A stretch of 41,384 nt of DNA from Jimgerdemannia flammicorona (Eukaryota), in contig RBNJ01000107.1 of NCBI GenBank assembly GCA_003990765.1, positions 1 through 41,384 on the forward strand. Direction: 5' to 3'. The position numbers were made by a program, and so were the translations under genes. The notes under the pieces were generated by a model. The model was not told where the DNA came from and searched no databases. It saw only the letters and a program-made list of their open reading frames with translations. Shown one piece after another: positions 1 to 10,387 of the stretch (the first letter of the stretch is position 1; the number at the start of each line of letters is the position of its first letter).

Positions 1-50
1 GGTCGGGTTCAGGGGTCGGGTTCAGGGTCGGGTTCAGGGGTCGGGTTCAG
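1..50 (+). repeat. 12-13-bp tandem repeat GGTCGGGTTCAG(G), 4 copies
   Basis: Directly visible at the window start. Confidence 0.9.
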
Positions 51-94
51 GTTTGGGTTAAGGGTAAATAACGGGTCGGGTGACATACATTTCC

Positions 95-259
95 AGGTCG
101 GGTTAAAGACGGGTGACGTATTATTCCGGGTCGGGTTAAAGACGGGTGACGTACAATTCTGGGTCGGGTTAAAGATGGGTGACGTATAATTCCGGGTCGG
201 GTTAAAGACGGGTGACGTATAATTCTGGGTTGGGTTAAAGACGGGTGACGTCTAATTCC
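95..259 (+). repeat. 33-bp tandem repeat, 5 copies (GGGTCGGGTTAAAGACGGGTGACGTATAATTCC)
   Basis: Units start at 95, 128, 161, 194 and 227 with few substitutions. Confidence 0.95.
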
Positions 260-318
260 AGGTTGGCTGTTTTACGGGTCGGGTTTTGGGTTAATCGGGT
301 CGGGTTTGCGGAGCACTA

Positions 319-2057
319 TCCCTGATGAGCCGACCACCCACAAATCCCCTCTGCTCCACACCCACGACTTGCTGGGCCACCTTCTGTAGTCTTGCCACCA
401 CCACCTTGGTTACCAACTTTCTGTCCATATCTAGCAGCATTATCGGCTGCCAGTTCCAATCCTCCCGCCCTCCTTTGTTTTTGTAGAGCAGCATCACCAG
501 CCCAAGGTCCTGCTTCCCCACCCATGTACCTGTCTGTAGAATAAGGTCACACATTGCAGTCATCTCTCCCATCACCCCCGGGACTTCCACCATTCGTTTC
601 CAAAAGTCCCAGGGCAGCCCATCCTCCCCAGGTGCCATACCGGACATTGTCGTGGCAAGAACCTGGTGGATCTCACCCTTCTGTACAGGCATCACCAGGT
701 CCCCTAGCCCTTCAACTTGTGGTGGGTGCCAATCCTCCAATGTACGTTCAATTGTAGTGGCATCTACCCCACCCTCCTCCTCACTCCACAATCCACTCCA
801 TCTCTCCTTCAGCGATCCAAGAATGTCCTGAACACCATGCACTAGTACACCATCAGAGTCCAAGACCCCTTCCCACCATTGCTGGACCTGCCTCGCCCTA
901 AGGGCCCTTGAAAGAAGCTTGGAAGGCCTCTCTCCTTCCTCCAGATCCTGCCAACGAAGCTGTGCTGCCAAGCTTTGTACCCTTGCCTCTTCTTCCTCCT
1001 GCAGCACCCGTTGAAGTTCCCCAACCTCCATTTTCGCCCTCAGTAATCTCCAATCTTCTTCTCTCTCCAACATTGTCAGCCATGCCCACTCCTCCAGGAG
1101 CCTCGTCAATCGAGCAGAGGCCCAGCACACCTTTTGTTTTTGCTGCTTCCCTGCCTCCTTGCCAGCCTCCTTCTAGTAAATCCTGGCCATTTCCTTCATC
1201 CTCATCCACCAAGTCCCAACTGCAGCCCCTTCCTGCCTCCAGGTCTCCACCCTCAGCTGAATGTCTTTAGCCCACTCATCTCACCAGGTCTTGTCATCTA
1301 ACAAAGAGGAATTGAGGTGCCAATGTCCAGGCCCATCCCCACTTCCCCCAAAGCACCCCTGTCCCAAAAGCCCCCAGTGATCCGACCATAGACACCATTC
1401 CACCTCCAATGATTTCCAAACATCTAGGCCCCAGCAGCAAGCCATCAAAATCCAATCGATCCTAGTCCCCAGACCCCCTGCCCAATGTGTATAGACCTTC
1501 CTACTCCCCCAGCACTCCCTTCCAGCATCCAATAGTGCACTCAGCCTCTTGACTTCCTCCCATACCACCAGCCCTCCACTCCTGCCCTCAGCACCTCGTC
1601 CTCCATCTGATCTATCCATCAGTATATCCCTAACCATATTGAAATCTCCCCCAAGCACATCCACCCCGGCCTCCACAAGTAATCCACTCTCCTGTAGTCC
1701 CCTCACCCAATCGACCCTCTCACCCCGTACTGCAGGGCAGTAGCAAGAACCAACCATAACTGGTTCCCAGCCTACCCAAATCCACTCTCCCCAGACCAGT
1801 CTCTCCCCCCAGCACTGCACATTCTGTATCTCCCCTCTGCCTCTCCTAACCAAAATCCCAACCTTGCCCCTCCAAATTGCTGCACCACCCCATTTCTTCG
1901 TCCATTCTAATCTATCAAAGTCATCTTCACACTGGACATCCTGCAAGAGGAAGAGATCGGCCTCCAATCCCTTCATCCAAGTAAAAATGTTCCTACATCG
2001 AGAAGCGCCCCATAACCCATTCACATTCAAAGAGAAAATGTTTGTTGTACTGTTCAT
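319..2057 (-). pseudogene. LINE ORF2 (apurinic-like endonuclease plus N-terminal RT), with stops and frameshifts
   Basis: APE motifs SLNVNGL, FLLQD, GGDFN, TRIDW, SDHW. RT-region motifs APGEDGLPWDFW, W-PIMLLDMDRKL, EQRGFVGGRLIRD. Confidence 0.95.
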
Positions 2058-2090
2058 ATTGATGATATATGTGATGTCGTCAATCTGCCT

Positions 2091-4114
2091 CTACTGCTCC
2101 ATGCTCATCTCCTCCTGTGCCCTGTCCAAATTGTGTTCCGCAGCCACCTCCTCCTCTTCAGCCCTCTGAGCCTCCAATCCAGCCAGTAGTTCATTCATCT
2201 CGCCATCAGCCTTCTCCTCAAACTCTTCTCAGTATTCGATGCATGCTTCCTACCAGAGCTGTAGTCCATGTCGCTTGTTCCAGCAGTATTCAGCCCTTTC
2301 TCCAGCAACAACTGCCATCTCCTCCTCCCTCTCCTTATCTACCTCATATCCTTCCTCCTCCAGATACACCGCAAGAATTTCCGCCTTCAATGCCTTCATC
2401 ACGCCATCCCCCTGCAGTATTCTCGCCCAGTGCTCATCACTCATCACTCGCAAGTCTACTTCCCCCAACTCTTCCGCCGCCAGGTTATTCATCATCCGGC
2501 ACATCCAAAGCAAGTTCCCCACCTCTTTCGCCCCTGGAGTTGCTGGCCTCCCTCCATCCAACATTGTGGTATCAGCTCCAGCACTTGCAGACTCATCCCA
2601 TACTTCCGGGACATCCACCAGTTCCTCCTCGCCACCCGCCTCCACCTGTCTCCCATACGCCACCTCTGGAACTCCGAATTGCACCCGCTGGTCCCCTCGC
2701 ATTGGCACATCTTCCACCACCCTATTCCGGGAAGCCGGGCCATGCCTGATGAGAGGGATAGGGGTAGGGGAACCCACCCAGTCCTCCTCCCACACCTCTA
2801 GTGTACCATCCGCATACAGGTCCTTCCCCGCCTTCATCTTATCCTCCCCCGCCTCCTTCTTGTCTTTCCCCTCTCCCTCACCGACCCAGACACTCACTCC
2901 AGCTCCCCCTGAGCCCTTCATCTTGCTCACCTCCACCAGTAGTCCACTATCCACTTGGCCAACAACTCCTTCTGCCTCTTGCGCCCCTGAGCCCTTTCCC
3001 ACTGCTCCATGGTCACTCGAATCCGCTTTCCATCCACCACCTCCAAGTGTGTCGCCTCTTCAAAAGCCTCCCAAGCCTTCACTCGCCTCTCTACAGCCCC
3101 CCCAAGCTTCTCGAGCACTTCCAGTAAATCCTCCTCCTCTTCCTCACTCCCCTTCACCCTTGTCACCTTACACAGGATCACTCCCCAGACCATCGCTGAA
3201 GGCCAATCCCTTGCCTTCCCAGTGGCTTCCTTCCCAGCCAGCCGAATCCTCACATCCACATCACCAGTCCTGAGCAAGGTCCCCTCCCAGACCCTGAACC
3301 TGATATCGACCACCTCGTCATATTCCGCTATGAAATCCTCAACCCTCTTCCTCGTCTCCATTGCTGTCACCATCGGCACTCCCTTCACCAGCAGTTGGAC
3401 CACCCTGGGGTCCCACTTCAAGTACCGCACCATAGGAACACATACCTCCCCAACCATCAATCCAACCTTCAGCGCCTCCTCCAGTGGCGCCACCTCCTCA
3501 AAACCCACCTCCACTCCTTCCAGTCCCTTCAAAAACTTCACAGATGCTGCACCTGCCACCTGCTTAGCGATGAGCCCTAGCACCATTTTTGCCATCACCG
3601 CCATGCCCCGGAAGCATAGTGTGACCATGAATGCCGAAATTGATTTCTTGAGTAACAGAGCCACCACCAGACCCGTTACACTATCTGCCAAGTCCCCTTG
3701 CCTTCTAAGCCTCAGCCGCTCAGCCTCGTCATCAGCCGTCACATCTGGATTTTTTTCCAGATTGACAGTCCCAACACCATCAGCAGTCACACCCCCCCCA
3801 GCCACTACTCCCATAGCTCCACTGCCCCCCCTTCCAAGGGCCGCACCCCCTAGCACTGTCTCCTTCTCGGTCCCCTTGCCCTTCTTCAGCCAGCCCTCCA
3901 GCCCTAATGCCTGCTGCCTCCCCTTCACCATCTCCGCGAAGCTTGCCCTCCCAGATCCTGATCCTCCACCACCTCCTCCACCCCTTCCATGTCCACCTGC
4001 CAGCAGGCCCCTCATACCGCCCCCTAGGCCTGGCCCCCTCCCCACCTGCTGCCAGTCGAAAGCGCTAGGGCCGCCCTGCCCAGTATGCACCTCAGGTTGT
4101 CTGTCGGTTGCCAT
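2091..4114 (-). pseudogene. LINE ORF1 (gag-like nucleic-acid-binding protein), disrupted
   Basis: ORFs 2927-4114 and 2250-3002 join by a frameshift and end at TAG 2091-2093. The segment VQLLVKGVP...YDEVVDI...RTGDVDVRIRL resembles the RRM-like region of Tx1/L1 ORF1. It aligns with copies B and D. Confidence 0.85.
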
Positions 4115-4196
4115 GTTGTTAGTCTCTTTTTGCTGAAAACGTCGTCGAAAGTGCCTTCCAAAGGTTGTGTAACCTGAATGGTACTGGAAAGAGATG

Positions 4197-4267
4197 CAAG
4201 CCTGTGGGCAGCCTTCCTTTTATACAAATCTCCTCCTCCTCTCTCAATATCTTTGCAACTCCACTAC
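4197..4267 (-). mobile_element. Displaced piece of LINE copy B ORF2
   Basis: Joined to 10388 across one ACTAC it reads EDWRLEGVKLEVVELQ..ILREEEEI (one frameshift), matching copy D EDWRLARIKLEILELQQVLREEEEV. Confidence 0.85.
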
Positions 4268-4554
4268 TGTAAGCACACAACCTCCAAGCCACCGAAATCA
4301 CATATCACCCTCTGAACAAGCCACTGAAATCACATGTGAGCTCCAATCAAATCTGGAAATCACCTGCTTAATTATGAAGCTGAGTCAAACTGAAGTCACA
4401 GTGCACAAAGCTGAGTCAATATGAAGTCACAGAACACAAGATTCACATAAACAGAATCTTACCAATTAGGACCAAATGTATAATACCAAGCACTGAGACA
4501 CATCGAATCAGAGAACCAAAACAAACAACAACCACAACTTCCAAATACACAAAC

Positions 4555-5652
4555 ATGACCACCAAGATCTATATCTGTATCCGCATTGACATTTGGAATG
4601 CCATTGTCAACCGAGCCACACTCCCTCTGCCCCTCATGAATATCCATAGCCTAGCACCCCTCTACTTTGTGGAAGCCTGATGGAATGCTCTGAACATGCT
4701 TAGCAAGGCCTACCAAATCAGACAAATCTCAAGCTACTACCAGATCAGCTGCCTCCTGGAAGACATGATTGAACACCACCACGATACAGACATTACCCAG
4801 ATGTCTCAACACCAGAAGCTCATCGCCCACAAATATCGAGAACTCTTCTACGAGTATAGCACCATTATTCCCTGCCTCCAAGTTACTATAGCCAAAATGG
4901 TTACTACTCTGTTCTATGGCCAAATTGATGACATGATACAAGAACTCAACCACAAGTACCTTGAGTATGTTAAAACCACAGATAGAACCTTCCCACACCC
5001 CAATGATCATATCCTACAAATGCCCCAAGTTGGATATGCCATAAAGGACATCTATGATATAATCCACTTCGATGAAGATGAAGCAGAAGACAATGATCCC
5101 TCTGATGCCAACATGACCTCTAGCCAAGGATCTCTGCCAACCCTGATCACACCGCCAACCTTGCCGATGAACTTAAAACAATTCATAACAGCATACGAGA
5201 CTTATTGGGACAATGACCACTGGTATGAATACCAATCTACGTTCACCCCTGATTACTTCAACTATAATGAAGAGACCAGAGAACACAACCTGTACCTCCA
5301 GACAACCCTCGAGATCGAACCAACCACTCTACCACCTGAGTATGAGTGACATGAACCACAGCTGCCAGCTTACTACAACCCTGTGACTCATAGTGCTGTA
5401 AACTATAGAAGGTATACAAATAGTGAAACTGATGAAAGCGAAGATGTTGTACAGCTCCTTTGCCAACCAATACCTTACCCAGCATACAATACTGATAATG
5501 CCATCTTGTGGGATGGAGACAAAGTTCCAATGTATTATTACCTCAGCAAACAAGGAGAAGTAATCTGCGAACCACTCTTCCTAGACGACTACTTCATCAG
5601 AGATGATATAATTGATAGTGATATCATCAAGAACTACCCAGACAGTGCCTAA
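4555..5652 (+). pseudogene. Unknown 365-codon accessory ORF inside LTR U3 (copy 1)
   Basis: ATG 4555 to TAA 5652 in one frame. Only two TGA stops (4678, 5347), which are CGA and CAA in the other LTR. Confidence 0.8.
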
Positions 5653-5841
5653 ACCTATAAATAGCCTAGCAGTCATAGTATAGTTAGATTAGCCTTGTCC
5701 AATGTGACTGTGAACTGACTCAGTAGTCAGACGATCTCTTGACATGTCAGATCACACTTGTACTATGTGACTGCATTCCGACTCAGCAAGGCACTTAGTG
5801 CTACATCCATATCTAGCATAGTCTAGATAGCCCCTCACTAG

Positions 5842-5972
5842 TATAAATACCCCCTCCCCCAGACCTCAGAATCTCAGACTTGAACAATCCAAACACAACT
5901 CCTGAGCACTTTCCCACAATATCTCTTCACACAGCTACTCCTGGTATAGCAATATCATGAATAGCGAATAAA
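5842..5972 (+). promoter_or_regulatory. LTR core promoter (TATA) and polyadenylation signal
   Basis: TATAAATA at 5842 and AATAAA at 5967, both also present in the LTR copy at about 20894 and 21026. Confidence 0.6.
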
Positions 5973-6334
5973 CCTATTTAACAACCCACAAACCACTCTT
6001 AAGTAAATCCACTCCTTTTTAGGTCCCACTCCTAACCCCATCACGAAACTTCCTAATTGGGTATTGTCTGTAGCAATATGCTAATTCAACTAAGCTGGTC
6101 TTAGTTTTTGAACTTCCTGAAATATGGAAAATCCTGAACATTCAGAACTAGTCCAAAAAAGGACTTCGGTTGAGACGTCAACCCAATCTTGAAATCAATA
6201 AGCATAGAGGATGTACTCCATATGAAATTGATCTTGACCATAAGAAAATGGTCTTCCAGAATATCCAGAACTTCCAGAAAACCCTTCCAGAACTATGTAA
6301 TGGTTACCCTAAAAAGCAACCTTCTTACAACTTG

Positions 6335-6712
6335 AGTGGGTGGTTGGTACAAAGTGGGCTTGTTTGCTGAGATAGTCCATGAAGACAATAATTGCATCTT
6401 TCCCATTCTTGGTTTGGGGTAGTTGTACAATAAAGTCTATAGAGATTTTGCTAGGGTCCACTTTAATTCCATTTGGAGTGATAATGTGTCCAAGAAATTG
6501 AATTTCTTTCAGGAGAAATTCACACTTGCTGAGTTTTGCAAAGAGTTGGTTTCTCGGAGTTTCAGTAGGACTAATTCAAGGTATTCAAGATGTTCCTCCA
6601 GTGTTTTGCTGAAGACTAGGATGTCGTCAATGTAGACAACAACGAATTTGTCCAGGTATGGGTGCAGGATAGTATTCATCAGGGTCTGGAAGGTTGCAGG
6701 AGCATTAGTTAA
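6335..6712 (-). pseudogene. Fused Gypsy RT fragment and integrase fragment
   Basis: [35 protein letters not shown]...[17 protein letters not shown] runs directly into [35 protein letters not shown]. Confidence 0.92.
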
Positions 6713-6715
6713 GCT

Positions 6716-8288
6716 ATTCAGACAGTATATCGAATAAATGGTCTGCTCTTGTATCATTTCATGCTTCATCATTGGTGATATATCCTAGGCTGACAGTGTT
6801 TAGAAGTGACTCGAGTTTTGTACAGAAGGTTTTGAATTCTTCTTTGCCATGTATATCAAATTTGAGGTTGCAGAGTTTTACTCGGGATTCAGCAATTATG
6901 GTTTCACTGCAATATTGGGCAATCATGAGTTGTTTGAGTCCAGGGGCTACAGAATGGGCTCCATATCCTGGGGCATTGTTTGCTGCATTCTGAGCAACTA
7001 CTACAGGTCAGGTATCCCATGTGAGGGGTTTTTCAGGAAGAGTTTGCCACCATTCTTTGGCAGGTCCTTGGAAGAATGTAACAACTTGGTGGACATAGGC
7101 TATAGTAGTAGCAAAGAGTTGTTCCAGAGTGTGGTTTTGATTGTTTGTCAGAACATGGTCAGCAACTTGCTCATTGGTCCATTGATTGGCTTCGAAGTTG
7201 GTGTCAACTATACTAATAAAGCTTTGGACTTCTTGTGCAGTACCATTGAAGATAGGTAGGCTCAGATTTTTGGTAGGTCGGGTCTGTTCAGCTAAGGCAG
7301 TAATGGTTGCTGCCATTATGGCTACCTGGGCTGTGAGGTCTAAAATCTGTTGGTTTGCCATATTGTTTACTGGAGGCAGTTGGACTGCTGGTAGTGGTGT
7401 TACTGGTACTACTTGAGGTACTGGTGCAGAGTGTGATGGGGTTCTTTGGGTCTGTGTAAGTTGCTGGAGTAGTAGTTGTGGGTCTGGAGTGAGGGCTTGA
7501 TAGATAGCTATTTGTTGCTATGTAGGTGTATTCTGTTCTGATGGAGGTACTTCTCCTTCAGTGGTGTATCCGGGATCGAATTCACTGAGATACTCCTCCT
7601 CTTCTTCGGTTTAGGCCTCATGTAATTAGGTTTGCTTGGCATCAAAGTAGATGGAATCAGTTGTATATCTGATTTCAGATGGACTTAATTCAAAGTCAAG
7701 TTTAGGTTCAGTATTGGTTTCAGATTCAGGTAGGGCTGTAGCAGGGCCTGCTTCAGGTTTGGGGTCAGGTAGTTGATGAAGGGTTTCTCTTGCTTCTTCT
7801 TTAAGAATATGGCAGGCCTTGCTGTTCTGGAATCGGTAGTATAATGTGGTCTTAGTCCTGGTGCGGTGAAAGTCAGTAGAGTTGAGCCACTTGGCTACAG
7901 AGGCTTGGGCTTCATGAGGAACTAAGGCTAGAAAGACTGCTGCTGGTTGTCCTAGGTCACTCGGATTTGTGGAGCTGACAAAACTCTTATTAAGAAGAGT
8001 AAAGAAGGCTTCAATAAGACCTTCTTCATCTTGACTTGCTGGATATAGTGCAAGGAGTTTGGTGAATAGGGTTTTGCCTATTTGCTAGTTTAACTGGAGT
8101 ACTTCTTTCTTTGAATGAAGTTTGTCTCACTTGTTGCAGGTGTGGAGGTCAGATTGTCCTTGTATGTCAGGTTCAATTCTCTCCAGATTGTCAGATGGAT
8201 CAGGATAAATTCCAGTTCAGAGGTTGGGCTTTATACCAACTTGTACATAGGAATTCACAGAGGGGTTTGTAGCAGGGTGAGGAAGCAT
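6716..8288 (-). pseudogene. gag: Ty3/Gypsy gag, 3'-truncated with in-frame stops
   Basis: ATG 8288 is in frame with ORF 7008-7361. Capsid-like motifs LPIFNGT..VQSFIS and FFQGPAKEWW; lies directly after the LTR and PBS. Confidence 0.75.
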
Positions 8289-8312
8289 CTTGAAGTGGAA
8301 TTGGATTGTAAA

Positions 8313-8324
8313 CTGCTGCTATCA
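8313..8324 (-). promoter_or_regulatory. Candidate primer-binding site (TGATAGCAGCAG, possibly decayed TGGTAGC..., initiator-Met-tRNA-like)
   Basis: Begins 3 nt after the LTR CA end; one G>A change away from the TGGTAGC iMet PBS start. Confidence 0.45.
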
Positions 8325-8327
8325 AGT

Positions 8328-10387
8328 TGTAAGGTTGCTTTTAGGGTAACCATTATGTAGTTCTGGAAGGGTTTTCTGGAAGTTCTGGATATTCTGGAAG
8401 ACTGTTTTCTTATGGTCAAGATCAATTTTGTATCGAGTACATCCTCTATGCTTATTGATTTCAAAATTGGGTTGACATCTCAACCAAAGTCCTTTTTTGA
8501 ACTAGTTCTGAATGTTCAGGATTTTCCATAATTCAGGAAGTTCAAGAAACTAAGACCAGCTTAGTTGAATCGGCATATTGCTGCAGACAATACCCAATTA
8601 GGAAGTTTTGTGATGGGGTTAGGAGTGGGACCTAATAGGGAGTGGAGTTACTTAAGAGTGGTTTGTGAGTTATTAAATAGGTTTATTCGCTATTCATGAT
8701 ATTGCTATACTAGGAGTAGCTGTGTGAAGGAATATTGTGGGGAAGTGCTCAGGAGTTGTATTTGGATTGTTCAAGTCTGAGATTCTGTGGTCTGGGGGAG
8801 GGGGTATTCATACTAGTGAGGGGCTATCTGGACTATACTAGATATGGATGTAGCACTAAGTGCCTTACTGAGTCAGAATGCAGTCATGTAGTACAAGCGT
8901 GATCTGACATGTCTAGAGATCGTCTGACTGCTGAGTCAGTTCACAGTCATGTTGTACAAGGCTAATCTAACTATACTATGACTGCTAGGCTATTTATAGG
9001 TTTAGGCACTGTCTGGGTAGTCCTCAATGACATCACCATTGATTGCATCATCTCTGATGAAGTAGTCATCTAGGAAGAGTGGTTCATGGATTACTTCTCC
9101 TTATTCGCTGAGGTAATAATACATTGGAACTTCATCTCTGTCCCATAAGATGGCATCATCAGTATCATATGCTGGGTAAGATGTTGGTGGGCAAAAGAGC
9201 TGTGCATCATCTTCACTTTCATCAGTTTCGCTATCTGCATACCTTCTATAGGTTACAGCACTAGGAGTCACGGGGTTGTAGTAAGCTGGTGGCTGTAGTT
9301 CATGTTGCTCATACTCAGGTGGTGGAGTGGTTGGTTCGATCTCGAGGGTTGTCTGGAGGTACAGGTTGTGTTCTCCAGTCTCTTCATTATAGTTGAAGTA
9401 ATCGGGGGTGAATGTGGGTTAGTATTTGTGCCAGTGGTCATTGTCCCAATAAGTCTCGTATGCTGTTATGAATTGTTGTAAGTTCATCAGCAAGGTTGGC
9501 AGTATGATCAGGGTTGGCAGAGATCCTTGGCTAGAGGTCATGTCAGCATCAGAGGGATCATTGTCTTCTGCTTCATTTTCATTGAAGTGGATTATATCAT
9601 AGATGTCCTTCATGGCATATCCAACTTGGGGCATTTGCAGGATATGATCATTGGGGTGTGGGAAGGTTCTATCTGTGGTTTCGATATACTCGAGGTACTT
9701 GTGGTTGAGTTCTTATATCATGTCATTGTTTTGGCCATAGGACAGGGTAGCAACCATTTTAGCTGTAGTAACTTGGAGGCAGGTAATAACAGTGCTATAC
9801 TCATAGAAGAGTTCTCTATGTTTGTGGGCAATGAGCTTCTGATGTTGAGACATCTGGGTAATGTCTGTATTGTGGTGGTGTTTGATCATGTCTTCCAGGA
9901 GGCAGCCGAACTGGTAGTAGCTTGAGATTTGTCCGATTCAGTAGGCCTCGCTAAGCATGTTCAGAGCATTCCATCGGGCTTCCACAAAGTAGAGGGGTGC
10001 TAGGCTATGGATATTCATGAGGGGCAGAGGGGGTGTGGCTCAGTTGACAATGGTATTCCAAATGTCAGCACGGATACAGGTATAGATCTCAGTGGTCATG
10101 TTTGTGTGTTTGGAAGTTGTGGTTGTTGTTTGTTTTGGTTCTCTGATTTGATGCATCTCGGTGCTTGGTATATATGCATTTGGTCCTGATTGGTAAGATT
10201 CTCTTTGTGTGAATCTTGTATTCTGTGACTTTGTATTGACTTAGCTTTGTGCACTGTGACTTCGGTTTGACTCAGCTTCATGATCAAGCAGGTGATTTCC
10301 AGATTTGATTGGAGATCGCGTGTGATTTCAATGGCTTGTTCAGAGGGTGACATGTGATTTTGGTGGCTTGGAGGTTGTGCGCTTACA
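8328..10387 (-). repeat. LTR (2060 bp), minus orientation; 5' LTR of the gag-bearing unit
   Basis: Inverted copy of 4268-6329 with the same TGTAAG/CTTACA termini. Confidence 0.92.
9002..10099 (-). pseudogene. Unknown 365-codon accessory ORF inside LTR U3 (copy 2)
   Basis: Same 1098-nt length as copy 1. Its stops (9938, 9713, 9419 and one near 9102) correspond to CAA codons in copy 1. Confidence 0.8.

Larger units (their letters stand above)
1..318. mobile_element. Terminal/subterminal end of a probable hAT-family DNA transposon inserted into the LINE RT; rest lies outside the window
   Basis: Minus strand from 318 reads TAGTGCTCCGCAAACCCGACCCG (hAT termini typically start TAG/CAG), followed by dense ACCCGACCCG-type short motifs. 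The adjacent RT breaks at ...LIRD|SAPQ, whereas the copy near 39760 continues LIRDGTAWVHGV. Confidence 0.6.
319..4196 (-). mobile_element. L1/Tx1-like non-LTR retrotransposon, copy A (5'-complete, interrupted in RT)
   Basis: ORF1 plus APE-RT ORF2. The 5' end CATCTCTTTCCAGTACCATTCAGGTTACACAA matches the start of copy D (35868) and, more loosely, copy B (13563). Confidence 0.95.
4268..6329 (+). repeat. LTR (2062 bp), plus orientation
   Basis: TGTAAG...CTTACA termini, TATAAATA at 5842-5849, AATAAA at 5967-5972; reverse complement of 8328-10387. Confidence 0.92.
4268..10387 (-). mobile_element. Non-autonomous Ty3/Gypsy derivative with inverted LTRs and a 5-bp TSD (ACTAC)
   Basis: ACTAC at 4263-4267 and 10388-10392. 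Both LTR copies run TGTAAG...CTTACA. The interior has gag, RT and integrase fragments on the minus strand. Confidence 0.9.

Noticed and set aside
95-259. CRISPR array
   Set aside because: Head-to-tail repeats with no unique spacers, no cas genes, and a eukaryotic TE context.
1-310. Telomere
   Set aside because: The G-rich strand is on plus with unique sequence to its right, the wrong polarity for a left chromosome end. The units are complex and end in a TIR-like sequence inside an RT gene.
2117-4136. Long Ser/Pro-rich plus-strand ORFs (2239-3273, 3009-4136) and equivalents opposite the other LINE copies
   Set aside because: Antisense shadows of the G-rich LINE ORFs; C-rich strands have few stop codons.
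4268-10387. DIRS-type tyrosine-recombinase retroelement
   Set aside because: TG...CA termini, a 5-bp TSD and an integrase fragment; no tyrosine recombinase motifs seen.
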